From Nitrospirota bacterium (GTDB taxonomy: Bacteria > Nitrospirota > UBA9217), in the NCBI GenBank assembly GCA_963845065.1, contig CAWJQQ010000006.1, positions 320,001 to 384,000 on the forward strand: a stretch of 64,000 bases of DNA, read 5' to 3'. The notes beneath the pieces are model-generated. The model saw only the letters and a program-made list of their open reading frames with translations, made no database searches and was not told the origin of the DNA. This document shows, piece after piece, positions 10,886 to 20,801 of the stretch (within the stretch, counting starts at the first letter, position 1; each line of letters opens with the position of its first letter). Made by a program: the position numbers and the translations under genes.

Positions 10886-11757
10886 ATCAGATTCAACTCC
10901 TTTAAGAGCCCCATGGCGTCGACGAAATGGCGGTCGACCTGCATTGCTACAGGGTCGATCCCCATCGAGACGCCGATAAGCTCCGTGATGAAGTAGACCG
11001 GCAGCCGCTTGTCGATCTCATACTTCTCGTTGACCTCGTCCTGACACGCATCCACGTTCATCTGGCATAGCGGACAGGTTGTGACGATGCAGTTAGCTCC
11101 GCGGGCTGAGGCGTCTTTGAAAATTCGGGACATGAGAAGCTGCGCCTGCTCGGCATCGTTATATGCAGCCGATGCGCCGCAGCAGTCCGTCTTATAGCTC
11201 CAGTCGATGGGCTCAGCGCCGAGGGCCTTACAGACGATCTCCATTCCCTGCGGGTTTTCCACGTTATCAGGCACCTCGATGTCTATAGGGAACCGCGTCA
11301 TAAGACAACCATAGTAGCACGCCGGCTTGAGTCCGATAAGCTTCTTGACCGCTTTGCCGGCAATCTCGCCGGAAATTACCTTGGGACGCAACACTTCGAG
11401 GATGCTCGATACTTTGATTGTGCCCAGAATTTTCCGGCCGAGCTCCGCATTAATGGAGTCTTTAAGCGCTGCATCTGAAGCAAGCCTCTTCTGGGACACG
11501 AGGGTCCTGCTGTAACAGGATGAACAGGGAATGACGATCTCGGAAAGACCGGTGGCGTCGGCGATGCCCAGGTTCCGCGCGGGCAGGGCGATGGAAAGGA
11601 ATTCATTGGTCTTGCTCGCGCCGGTGGCGCCGCAGCAGTTCCAGTCTTCAATCTCCTTGAGCTCGAGGCCCAAATTGTTGAATACAAGTTTGCACTGGAT
11701 ATCATAGAGCTCCGACGATGCATGCAATGAACAACCGGGATAGTAGGCTATTTCCAT
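10882..11757 (-). CDS. hdrB: Heterodisulfide reductase subunit B
   Basis: YYPGC, two CCG motifs, YYGC, CPLCQ. Confidence 0.92.
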   Translation of the reverse strand: MEIAYYPGCSLHASSELYDIQCKLVFNNLGLELKEIEDWNCCGATGASKTNEFLSIALPARNLGIADATGLSEIVIPCSSCYSRTLVSQKRLASDAALKDSINAELGRKILGTIKVSSILEVLRPKVISGEIAGKAVKKLIGLKPACYYGCLMTRFPIDIEVPDNVENPQGMEIVCKALGAEPIDWSYKTDCCGASAAYNDAEQAQLLMSRIFKDASARGANCIVTTCPLCQMNVDACQDEVNEKYEIDKRLPVYFITELIGVSMGIDPVAMQVDRHFVDAMGLLKELNLI

Positions 11758-11786
11758 AGGGCGGTACTCATCCTCTCTCGCGGCCT

Positions 11787-12389
11787 TTAGCGGCCCTTGG
11801 ACTTTTTGTAGAGGGCTTTTATTTCCGAACGGTTCTTGACCCTGTCAAGGTCGAAGTGCATCCGTTTTTTCTTCGTTATCGCCGCACCAAGTTTGCCCTG
11901 GGCCACCATTTCCTCGAACATGGCCTTCAGGTTCCCTTTTGCGAGCTCCTTGAACAGGGTTTTGGTTTCGTAGATGGCCATGAGTTCGATTTCGTTGACG
12001 CGGCCCAGATGGCCAGTCGACGTCATGAAGGCATTGTGGAAATCGGCTATGCGGGGAGTAAGCGGCTTCAAATGGGCTTCCTTGGACATATGCTTTAGGG
12101 TCTCGGTAATCCGCGCCGTCTGGATGTTATTAGGGCAGCGCGTGCCACAAGTATAGCAGGCCACGCACTTCCATACGAGGAGATTATTGAGGGCAGCTTC
12201 CTTATCTCCCACTAAAATCATTCTGATCAGCCGGTCCGGCGTTACACCTGTCTCTTCTCCGACCGGGCAGCCGGCAGCGCACCGGCGGCATTGGTAGCAG
12301 GACTGAATATTCTGGCCCGAGCGGCTCATGACCTCTTCTACCAGCGGCTTAGAGACCGAGACATCATATTTGAGAACTGATGATGACAT
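11787..12389 (-). CDS. hdrC: Heterodisulfide reductase subunit C
   Basis: CYQCRRCAAGCP and CVACYTCGTRCP; GRVNE. Confidence 0.9.
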   Translation of the reverse strand: MSSSVLKYDVSVSKPLVEEVMSRSGQNIQSCYQCRRCAAGCPVGEETGVTPDRLIRMILVGDKEAALNNLLVWKCVACYTCGTRCPNNIQTARITETLKHMSKEAHLKPLTPRIADFHNAFMTSTGHLGRVNEIELMAIYETKTLFKELAKGNLKAMFEEMVAQGKLGAAITKKKRMHFDLDRVKNRSEIKALYKKSKGR

Positions 12390-12425
12390 AAATACTCCCC
12401 TATTATATAGAATAGACTTAAACTT

Positions 12426-12989
12426 TTAATCCCGCTCCCTGAGTAACGCCAGCATCTCCATGCGGGTTGATTCCTTGGACCGGAAGGTGCCGCGAACTGC
12501 TGATGTAACCACACGTGTCCCCGGCTTCTTCACACCGCGCATGCTCATACAGAGATGTTCAGCGTCGATTACCACCATGGCCCCTTTGGGTCTGAGCCGT
12601 GTAACAATAAGATCAGTGAACTGTGACGTAAGCCGCTCCTGCACCTGGGGCCGTTTGGCAAGAACCTCAAGCGCCCGTGCCAAGGAACTAATGCCTACGA
12701 TCTTGCCCGCTCCCGGTATATACGCGATATGTGCCCTGCCGAAGAAAGGCAGGAGGTGATGTTCACATACAGAATAGAACGGTATGTCGCGGATCATCAC
12801 CATCTCATCGTGGTTTTCACCAGCCATCGGCTTAAACAGCTGTTCGGTATCGGCAGTAATGCCTGAGAATATCTCACCATACAACTCGGCGACGCGTTTT
12901 GGCGTGTTCTTGAGCCCCGGCCGATCTGGGTCTTCGCCGATTCCCTCTATGATCAGCCGCACACCCTTTTCTATTTTTTTGGTATCCAT
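12426..12989 (-). CDS. folE: GTP cyclohydrolase I
   Basis: [21 protein letters not shown] and HLCMSMRG motifs; start set at MDTKKIE. Confidence 0.95.
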   Translation of the reverse strand: MDTKKIEKGVRLIIEGIGEDPDRPGLKNTPKRVAELYGEIFSGITADTEQLFKPMAGENHDEMVMIRDIPFYSVCEHHLLPFFGRAHIAYIPGAGKIVGISSLARALEVLAKRPQVQERLTSQFTDLIVTRLRPKGAMVVIDAEHLCMSMRGVKKPGTRVVTSAVRGTFRSKESTRMEMLALLRERD

Positions 12990-13077
12990 ATAAATTAACA
13001 AACCCTGAAGCTTGAGAACAAATTCCCGGTGCATTTTCTCATTGGATTATTCGGGAGTAGAAAAAGAGGATTTATGC

Positions 13078-13641
13078 TCAGCATTTGTTAACCACTATTG
13101 TTCGCTTCTCCGTTACAATCTTCTTTATCGGGATATCGAATGCAGAGATCGGAACCTCAGGCACAATCTGTATCTCAAATGCAAGCGCAGCGTTTTCTTT
13201 TTTATACAGAGGAAGTATCCTGTCGTAAAAACCGGCACCGTACCCCAGCCGGTTGCCGTTCAGGTCAAACGCGAGGCCGGGCACAACCATAAAATCAACA
13301 TCAAGAATCGTAGCGGGCAGAATTTCGCGGGGCTCTGGGATACCCCAGGCGCCCGGAGCAATGTCTTCATCAATATTCTGTATCTCGAATAACCATAAAT
13401 CCTTGCCCTTGACTTTTGGGAGGATAATCCGCTTACCCACCGCCAGCGAATGCCGTATCATTGGCAGGGTATCAACCTCGCTTCGAAAGGAAGCAAAGAA
13501 CATTACTGACGACGCTGACTTGAACTCAGGAAGTGAAAAAAGCCTCTCTGCGATCTCACTACTCTTGGCTTTACGAGCTCCTGGCGACAAACTGCCTCTC
13601 GCTTCGGCTACCTGTTTTCTCAGAGCTATTTTTGCTTTCAA
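13078..13641 (-). CDS. 5-formyltetrahydrofolate cyclo-ligase
   Basis: SEVDT, GIPEP and VPGLAFDLNGNRLGYGAGFYDR motifs; TTG start uncertain. Confidence 0.92.
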   Translation of the reverse strand: MKAKIALRKQVAEARGSLSPGARKAKSSEIAERLFSLPEFKSASSVMFFASFRSEVDTLPMIRHSLAVGKRIILPKVKGKDLWLFEIQNIDEDIAPGAWGIPEPREILPATILDVDFMVVPGLAFDLNGNRLGYGAGFYDRILPLYKKENAALAFEIQIVPEVPISAFDIPIKKIVTEKRTIVVNKC

Positions 13642-13761
13642 TGTAGTATGAGTTATGGCAGATATTTTTTATTCCACTGCGCAAATAAACCTTTTTATAT
13701 TAACATTTTAAAAAAATATAATCTAGTCTTTTTTTAAACCACTCCTCTATAATTGACTGGT

Positions 13762-14553
13762 TTACTCTTCCGAAGTTACCTGCATCAACCGGTCAAGTGA
13801 TGCCTTGATGACCTTTACTTCTTCTACGGCTCTAGGAGCTGCATCATAGGGAGACTTGCCATCCAGATCCGCCTTTACCGTATCATCTGCGTAGCTCATG
13901 AAACCTAGAACCTGCATGCCCTCGAGGTGTTTTGCGATGAAGTCCTTGTCCGATTCCCGTTTAATCTTATTGCCGACGACGAAAACATTCTTGATCCCCA
14001 GCCCCTTCGCCAAGTTCTCCACGTGCCTCGCTGTCTGAAGGCTCCGCTGTCCAGGCTCTACTACCACAATGAAGGCATTGACCCCACTCGCCGTACCACG
14101 CGTCAGGTGTTCGATACCGGCTTCCATATCGAGGATGACCACCTCGTCACGCCGCAGAATTAAATGACTGATAAGACGTCGCAACAATACGTGTTCTGGA
14201 CAGTAACAGCCAGCTGCAGCCTCTTTTGATTTGCCCATGACGAGAAGCCGCACCCCTTCGTGCTGGACTCCGTAAGCCTCTGGGATGTCGTCCACCTTAG
14301 GATTGATGCTGAACATCCCGCCGGGGGCGCCGGGACGTGATCCAGTCCGTTCCTCGATCATGTCAGATTGTTCAGCAAGCGGCAATATCCGCTGTGCTAT
14401 TTCGGGCGCAATACCGAGTGCTGATGCAAGATTTGCATCCGGATCGGCATCGACAGCCAGAACTTTTTTACCCGCAGCCGAATATAGTCGCGCCAAGATA
14501 CCTGCCAGCGTGGTCTTTCCCACACCCCCCTTGCCTGTAATCGCAATTTTCAA
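13762..14553 (-). CDS. cooC: Second CooC nickel-insertion ATPase
   Basis: GKGGVGKT, DADPDANL, GCYC and DMEAGIEHL motifs; TTG start 6 nt after GAGGAG. Confidence 0.9.
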   Translation of the reverse strand: MKIAITGKGGVGKTTLAGILARLYSAAGKKVLAVDADPDANLASALGIAPEIAQRILPLAEQSDMIEERTGSRPGAPGGMFSINPKVDDIPEAYGVQHEGVRLLVMGKSKEAAAGCYCPEHVLLRRLISHLILRRDEVVILDMEAGIEHLTRGTASGVNAFIVVVEPGQRSLQTARHVENLAKGLGIKNVFVVGNKIKRESDKDFIAKHLEGMQVLGFMSYADDTVKADLDGKSPYDAAPRAVEEVKVIKASLDRLMQVTSEE

Positions 14554-14711
14554 GCACATCTCCTCGAAAATACTTGGATAAAATAACATCTAGCGAGCAA
14601 TAGTGTCAAGTTTTTTTTGTCTAAGACAAAAGTTATATTGCTAAGCAATTTATTTTGGTATGAAATTATTACTTTAGTTTGTCATTTCAGCACTTCCCGT
14701 TAATTCAGAGG

Positions 14712-14932
14712 TGACAAATGTCAGGAAATCAGTTACCCGGATGTGTCAAAACATCGGTAATCCAAAACATTATTTATTCTATTAAGACATCAGTGTCCTG
14801 GGTTTTTCGACGCTTTTGAGTACCAAATGCCTGAAGGCTTACTTCCTGATGATTCCATTATCCCCTTCGGGTAACTATTTCTTGATATTTGGGACCATTA
14901 AAATCGGGTAACCGATGTCCTGACATTTGACA
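14712..14932. mobile_element. 221-bp MITE, probably IS481-family derived
   Basis: Inverted repeats 14711-14739 and 14905-14933 match at 26/29; TG...ACA ends; partial internal copies near 14741 and 14868; flanks CAGAGG and CATAGG resemble a 6-bp target duplication. Confidence 0.65.
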
Positions 14933-14940
14933 CATAGGTC

Positions 14941-14967
14941 TAAAGATATCTGCCAATTTACCGATAA
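14941..14967 (+). promoter_or_regulatory. Sigma-28 (FliA)-like promoter
   Basis: TAAA-N15-ACCGATAA versus consensus TAAA-N15-GCCGATAA. Confidence 0.6.
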
Positions 14968-14977
14968 AATAGTCGTA

Positions 14978-16630
14978 ATGATGCATAAAAAATACATATC
15001 ATATTTAATAGTTTTTTTGATCTGCTTCTTAGGCGGGCTGCTGATTGCATTTGGCTGGCATCGTATCTTTGTGAAAAGACACGCGGTGTCGCTTGCATCA
15101 TATTCAACGTCGACTATATCGCGGTCAACGGGCAGTACCCCCCCTCTGTTATCGAAATCGACATCTACGATGATAACTGAAATAACTTCGACTACTCAAC
15201 CCTCACATACGATACGAGGCAATTCGTCCGCAAAGTTGCAACTCGATGCGCTGCCGGCTCTGCAAACTGCACAGACCCAAACAATAGTACCAGGGTATGA
15301 TATCATTCTGCTTATAGATAGTTCGGGAAGCATGAAGCACACGGACCCGGGAGACTATCGCAAGAATGCAGCCAAGTTATTCATTTCTCTGCTCGATAGG
15401 AACGATCGCATCGGTGTCATAGGTTTCGGGAAAGCGGCGACGCTGCTAAAACCTCTCACAAGGAATAGTGGACAGAATCGACAGTCCCTTTTTAATGCGG
15501 TCGATAAAATTACATCAAAGGAATTGTATACCAACATTACCGAGGCAGTCCTGCAAGGCCTTAAGGAATTGGAAATGTCTCATCGACAAAACCGGGTTAT
15601 GATCATGATGTCGGATGGCCGAATCGACTTGGAGTCCAGGGAAAAGGATGAAGCATCACACTCGATCCTGATGGGCATTCTCCCTGAGCTTGCTCGAAAG
15701 CAGATACCCCTCTACACTATAGCGTTCACGCAGGAGTCCGACCGTGCACTGCTTGAAAACATGGCGAAAGCGACGGGAGGTCAGTTCCGGTTTGCCGGAG
15801 AAGATAAAGACGTGCACGTCATCTTCGCATCGATCTTTGAAAAGATCAAGTCACCCGACACCGTCCCCTTCGTCGGCGAGTCGTTTACCATTGACCGCGA
15901 GATTAAGGAAGCGACCGTCCTTGTTACAAAAAAACCGGGTACAGCGCTTTATCTCATTGATCCATTGAGCAAGAAGCATATGGCAACAGCACATGAGGCC
16001 CATTTTGCCTGGTTCGCGTCTTCGGTCTTCGATATGATCACGATTCAAGATCCTGCTGCTGGAATTTGGAATTTGAAGCTGAGTACGAACGAAGGGAACA
16101 GAGTATACGTATTAACAAGTCTCCACCTCAGGAGCTCCTTTGACGGACACGACCTAGTCCAGGGACAGACTGCAACAATCGACGCATGGCTTGAAAAGTC
16201 TGGCGGAGCCGCGCTCGAAAGGCCTGTAATTGAAAACACAACTTTTTCAGCTGCCATTACCGGACCTGATGGTAATACATCTACAGTGGCACTTACCAGA
16301 ACGGTAAAACCGGGAGAATCACAAACTGAAAACGGTGTTTTTTTTGGCACCACTCCCGCCCTGACCGCTGGCGATTATTCGGCGAAGATTGTAGCAACTG
16401 GAAAGACCTTCCAGCGGCAGATGACCGTTCTCTTCAAAGTCAGCGGCTCAGCCGACAATCCGGCCATACGACAAAGCGCCTCTCACTCAATACAGACAAC
16501 TGAGCGCGAAGAAATTTCCTGGTTACATATTCTGCTTAAGTTTGGGATTATCAATCTCGTAGTCATCGGCCTAGCTACCGCCCTGTTTGGTATGCAAATA
16601 ATGATCAAAAAAATGAGGACAAGACGATGA
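14978..16630 (+). CDS. Membrane-anchored vWA domain protein (TIGR03503-like)
   Basis: N-terminal TM, Ser/Thr-rich linker, MIDAS DSSGS...T...SDG, beta-rich region, C-terminal TM; start set at ATG after the promoter. Confidence 0.8.
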   Translation: MMHKKYISYLIVFLICFLGGLLIAFGWHRIFVKRHAVSLASYSTSTISRSTGSTPPLLSKSTSTMITEITSTTQPSHTIRGNSSAKLQLDALPALQTAQTQTIVPGYDIILLIDSSGSMKHTDPGDYRKNAAKLFISLLDRNDRIGVIGFGKAATLLKPLTRNSGQNRQSLFNAVDKITSKELYTNITEAVLQGLKELEMSHRQNRVMIMMSDGRIDLESREKDEASHSILMGILPELARKQIPLYTIAFTQESDRALLENMAKATGGQFRFAGEDKDVHVIFASIFEKIKSPDTVPFVGESFTIDREIKEATVLVTKKPGTALYLIDPLSKKHMATAHEAHFAWFASSVFDMITIQDPAAGIWNLKLSTNEGNRVYVLTSLHLRSSFDGHDLVQGQTATIDAWLEKSGGAALERPVIENTTFSAAITGPDGNTSTVALTRTVKPGESQTENGVFFGTTPALTAGDYSAKIVATGKTFQRQMTVLFKVSGSADNPAIRQSASHSIQTTEREEISWLHILLKFGIINLVVIGLATALFGMQIMIKKMRTRR

Positions 16631-17049
16631 TAAAAGTGAATCCGCTCTTTTTTTTGCTGCTGATCGAACTCTCCAGCATTTTGGCGTGCGGACTCGTATT
16701 TTTCCTGCTCAGGAGCAGGAAATTCAGGACTCTCTATCAGGATGCGCTAAAAGACCTCATGATGATAAAACAAGTCCAAGAGGACTTCCGTAAAAGGCTT
16801 GCACCGACACAGAACAGGGCGCCAGACGTCGGCCGTGTAGTCGAGCATATTCAGGGACAGCGAGGCTCAGAAGGAGCAGACGAACTCGAGGCACTGAAAA
16901 CCAAACTGCGTTCTGTCGAGGAGGAACTGGAGTCGAAAAACCACAAGATGAAACAGCTGCAATTGAAATTTGCCGATTTGGAGAAAGAATATATGGTGCT
17001 TTACCAGCAGCAACAAATCCAGCAGCAAGAACAGCCAAAAATACCATAA
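16627..17049 (+). CDS. Small TM + coiled-coil protein with Gln-rich tail
   Basis: ATGA overlap with the vWA gene; hydrophobic N-terminus; heptad-like LEALKTKL...LQLKFADLEKEY. Confidence 0.75.
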   Translation: MIKVNPLFFLLLIELSSILACGLVFFLLRSRKFRTLYQDALKDLMMIKQVQEDFRKRLAPTQNRAPDVGRVVEHIQGQRGSEGADELEALKTKLRSVEEELESKNHKMKQLQLKFADLEKEYMVLYQQQQIQQQEQPKIP

Positions 17050-17747
17050 GAGGGAACGAGTACCGGTATGAGAGTTGCAAACATGAAAATGTCTCTGCAA
17101 ATTGGACTGCCGGGCAAATTTTGTCATAATCCATATCTAAATTAGAGAGACTCCGGCCTGTCTTGCCACGGCAAGTGCAACATTATTTTTTTTCTCAGGC
17201 GGCAGAATTGTAATGTCCTTCTGTAACTCTACCAAGAATTTGATGAAGAGCATTATTGGGAACATGTATCCTACAGCCTAATTGATTTCGTCAAACACAT
17301 ATTTTTCTCCAGAGGTCTCGGGTTGTATCAATGACGATGATAGTCAGCAATGAGTATCCAGTGGTTTTTGTTTTACAATTGATAAACAAACTCCAACCTG
17401 AATAACTTTTAGTTAACTGGATATTTCGCAATAACCATTCAACTTCTATTTGGTGAATTGCATCTTGTATCGATGGATATGGGGAACTTCTTGTCCCCCC
17501 TTATAGCACCTTGGGCAAGGATGATATTTATCCCCGTGCCAAGCAGGCCGTTATAAAAAGATAAACAATCAATGGGTTACAAATTAGTTATTTCTTGCTG
17601 ATATCTGAAAACGAATCTGTGCATGTTCATCTGAATGACACGAAGTGTAAGAACATAATGACTAAATAGTTTTTTGCTATGGTCCTTTTGTTATGAATTA
17701 TTCCATTAACGATAAAAACTAAGATTCGCTCTTTTGTAAGATATTAT

Positions 17748-19078
17748 CAGTAGTGTCCGGTTATCGATTTTCGAAAGTGCGATAACACGTTGTAATGCAA
17801 AAACATAAAGGTCAAAATGCAACTTTTCGATTTGAACTCAAATTATCTCGATTCGTTCTATAATCCGCCTCAGTACCAACTGAGGAGGTGCCAGGATGAA
17901 TTCTGGGAAAACGGTCTTCGCTCAATTGCTTCAACATCTACCGCGCTACGAGTTCAACCAGTGCGTTCTTCGATATCACGGCGATCACAAAGTCAGAAGC
18001 TTCTCCTGTCTCGATCAATTCCTCTGCATGGCCTTCGCTCAACTGACCTATCGCGAAAGCCTACGAGACATTGTAACGTGCCTCAACTCCCACAGAGAGA
18101 AACTCTATCACATGGGATTTCGAGGGAAGCTCTCAAAGTCAACTCTGGCAGACGCGAACGAACTCCGCGACTTCCGGATTTATCAAGACTTCGGTTATTT
18201 GCTCATCAACATAGCCAGCAAACTTTATCGGGACGAAGATCTTGGCCTGGATCTGAAACTGGTGGTCTATGCTCTGGACTCAACCGTCATCGATCTTTGC
18301 CTGTCCACATTCCCCTGGGCAACATTTCGCAAGACGAAAGCTGCTGTCAAGGTGCACACCTTACTCAATGTGCAAGGATCAATTCCGACCTTTATTTTCG
18401 TGACTCCCGCGAGTGTTCACGATGTCAATATGATGGATGCCGTTCCATTCGAAGCCGATTCTGTTTATACAATGGACCGAGCTTATCTCGATTTCGAGCG
18501 GCTCTATCAGATCAATCAGCTGTCTGCATTCTTTGTCATCAAAAGCAAGAGCAACACGCGGCTACGTCGCATCTATTCTGCTCCGGTGGACAAAGAAATC
18601 GGAGTTCAAGCCGACCAGACGGTCATGCTCGTCGGCTACAAATCACGTTTGGCTTATCCAGATACCTTTCGCCGGGTACGTTATTACGATGCCGAACGAA
18701 ACAAACGCCTGGTAGTTCTTACGAACAACTTCCTTATCCCGGCCAAGACCGTAGCAGATATCTATCGCTCACGTTGGCAAGTGGAACTGTTCTTCAAGTG
18801 GATCAAACAACATCTGCGGATCAAGTCGTTCTTCGGGACATCTCCCAATGCGGTCAAGACTCAGATATGGATTGCCGTCAGTGTTTATCTTCTCGTGGCG
18901 ATTGTCAAGAAGCGACTGAATCTTCCCGGCAGTCTCCACACAATTTTACAGATTTTAGAGGTCAACCTTTTTGAGAAAAAGCCTATTTCACAAGTGGTTA
19001 ACGAAGCTATCAATCACGAAACGGAATGTAACGACGATAACCAGTTGAATTTATTTACGTAACAACCGGACACTACTG
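17748..19078 (+). mobile_element. Complete IS4-family insertion sequence
   Basis: Perfect 15-bp terminal IRs CAGTAGTGTCCGGTT (17748-17762, 19064-19078); 9-bp target duplication AGATATTAT (17739-17747, 19079-19087). Confidence 0.95.
17896..19062 (+). CDS. IS4-family DDE transposase (DUF4372 + DDE)
   Basis: DSTVI, MDRAY and YRSRWQVELFFKWIKQ (YREK-type) motifs; GAGGAGG RBS. Confidence 0.95.
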   Translation: MNSGKTVFAQLLQHLPRYEFNQCVLRYHGDHKVRSFSCLDQFLCMAFAQLTYRESLRDIVTCLNSHREKLYHMGFRGKLSKSTLADANELRDFRIYQDFGYLLINIASKLYRDEDLGLDLKLVVYALDSTVIDLCLSTFPWATFRKTKAAVKVHTLLNVQGSIPTFIFVTPASVHDVNMMDAVPFEADSVYTMDRAYLDFERLYQINQLSAFFVIKSKSNTRLRRIYSAPVDKEIGVQADQTVMLVGYKSRLAYPDTFRRVRYYDAERNKRLVVLTNNFLIPAKTVADIYRSRWQVELFFKWIKQHLRIKSFFGTSPNAVKTQIWIAVSVYLLVAIVKKRLNLPGSLHTILQILEVNLFEKKPISQVVNEAINHETECNDDNQLNLFT

Positions 19079-19191
19079 AGATATTATCAATCACAACTAC
19101 GGGATGTTGGGGTTATCGAGAAAGTAGGTGAATCCACCTTGCTTTTGAAATATATTAGTGTTACATTCGGAAAGAATGAAGGATTCTAAGA

Positions 19192-20241
19192 ATGACCGCA
19201 GAAAAAATTAACATCAAATCTCTGAACCGTGACGAACTATTGGCGCGTCTCGTGGATCGGGGACTGAAAAAATTTCGTGTAGACCAGATCCTCAGGTGGA
19301 TATACACGCACCATGCTCGATCTTTCGACGATATGACGAATATCTCGAAGTTGGAGCGGGCGCAGCTCGCATCCTGCTTTTACATTCAAACCCCAAAGAT
19401 CATCAGATCGGAAACATCTTTTGACGGCACGAAAAAATTTCTTTTCGAGCTCATGGATGGCCATACTTTCGAAAGCGTTCTTATCCCTGATGAGGAACGG
19501 CAATCGCTGTGCATCTCTTCCCAGGTAGGCTGTCAGCAGGCGTGCCGGTTCTGTCTTACCGGAAGTGGCGGTTTTACGAGAGACCTCAAGGCATACGAAA
19601 TTGTTGATCAGGTGCTGGAAATTTCTCGTATTCTGAAGGAAGAGGGAATGCGGAGCATTACAAACATCGTGCTCATGGGCATGGGTGAACCGCTCGCAAA
19701 CTTCGACGAGGTCGTTAAGGCGATAAAGCTCATCACATCCGGCACGGGGCTCGGATTTTCGCCGCGACGAGTGACAGTCTCTACGGACGGGCTGGTCCCG
19801 CAAATAGAGAAACTGGGTCACGCGGGAGTCAAGGTAAATTTGGCCGTGTCGTTAAACGCAACGACCGACGAGGTGCGTAACAGGATCATGCCCGTGAATA
19901 AGCGCTATCCGATAAAGGATCTTTTGGCTGCCTGTAAGCGCTTCCCCCTTGAACCAAGACGTCGGATCACCTTTGAATATGTGATGTTGCGGGGCGTGAA
20001 CGATTCCATAGAGGATGCACAAAGGCTTAGGAAGTTGCTGCGAGGGATCAAGTGCAAGGTAAACCTCATCCCGTTCAATCCCTTTTTGGGTAGTGAGTTC
20101 AAAAGGCCTGATGATGCAACGGTGCGGCGATTCCAGAAGATCTTGCTTGACGCCCACTACACCGCGCCCATCCGCGAATCTCGCGGCCGTGACATCTCGG
20201 CGGCATGCGGACAGTTGCGAGAGAAAGTAGCGGCAGCATAA
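19192..20241 (+). CDS. rlmN: 23S rRNA/tRNA m2A methyltransferase
   Basis: CISSQVGCQQACRFC, MGMGEP and AACGQL motifs. Confidence 0.96.
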   Translation: MTAEKINIKSLNRDELLARLVDRGLKKFRVDQILRWIYTHHARSFDDMTNISKLERAQLASCFYIQTPKIIRSETSFDGTKKFLFELMDGHTFESVLIPDEERQSLCISSQVGCQQACRFCLTGSGGFTRDLKAYEIVDQVLEISRILKEEGMRSITNIVLMGMGEPLANFDEVVKAIKLITSGTGLGFSPRRVTVSTDGLVPQIEKLGHAGVKVNLAVSLNATTDEVRNRIMPVNKRYPIKDLLAACKRFPLEPRRRITFEYVMLRGVNDSIEDAQRLRKLLRGIKCKVNLIPFNPFLGSEFKRPDDATVRRFQKILLDAHYTAPIRESRGRDISAACGQLREKVAAA

Positions 20242-20409
20242 GAACAATCAATTTCCCCGAATAGATAAAAATAAGTAAGAGCATATTGTCAAGCTGACAC
20301 TATCTTACAGGGTGTGAGAGGGATTGCTTGGTTTTTGGGCGATATAAAAAAGGACGGGAAACTTTATCGTCCCCCATCCTTCGTGTACCTTTTTGTGTTT
20401 TGTTCACAA

Positions 20410-20787
20410 TTACTTATTTCCTAGAATCCCATTGACCACGCTCAACAGGTCCGCAGTTTGGATGGGCTTGGGGATGTAGGCGTTGGCGCCGAGGGCCAGT
20501 CCACGCTTGCGGTCCTCCTCTGCTCCTTCAGTGGTAATAATGACGATCGGGATGGTCTTATGCGCCGGATCGTTCCGCACCATCGAAACGAGTTTCAGTC
20601 CGTCCATGATGGGCATATTGATGTCCGTCAGGATGATGTCGAATTTCTGGGTCGAGAGCTTCTTGAGGGCGTCAATGCCATCGTTTGCTTCGACAATCTT
20701 GCTGCCCGGAATGCGCTTCAAGGCAAAGGAGATCAACTGCCGCATCGTCGGGGAGTCTTCAACTACCAGAAAATTATACTCGGGCAT
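20410..20787 (-). CDS. cheY: CheY-like single receiver protein
   Basis: VVEDS, TDINMP, TT and KP motifs; inside che cluster. Confidence 0.85.
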   Translation of the reverse strand: MPEYNFLVVEDSPTMRQLISFALKRIPGSKIVEANDGIDALKKLSTQKFDIILTDINMPIMDGLKLVSMVRNDPAHKTIPIVIITTEGAEEDRKRGLALGANAYIPKPIQTADLLSVVNGILGNK

Positions 20788-20801
20788 GATCTAACCTCCG
20801 T

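Noticed and set aside
13642..13761. 6S RNA, often found upstream of 5-formyl-THF cyclo-ligase
   Set aside because: Gap is only about 120 nt, AT-rich, with no long hairpin
17050..17747. AT-rich non-coding stretch with a TTGGCAC word (possible sigma-54 promoter)
   Set aside because: No TTGC at the -12 position; no ORF or repeat I can support
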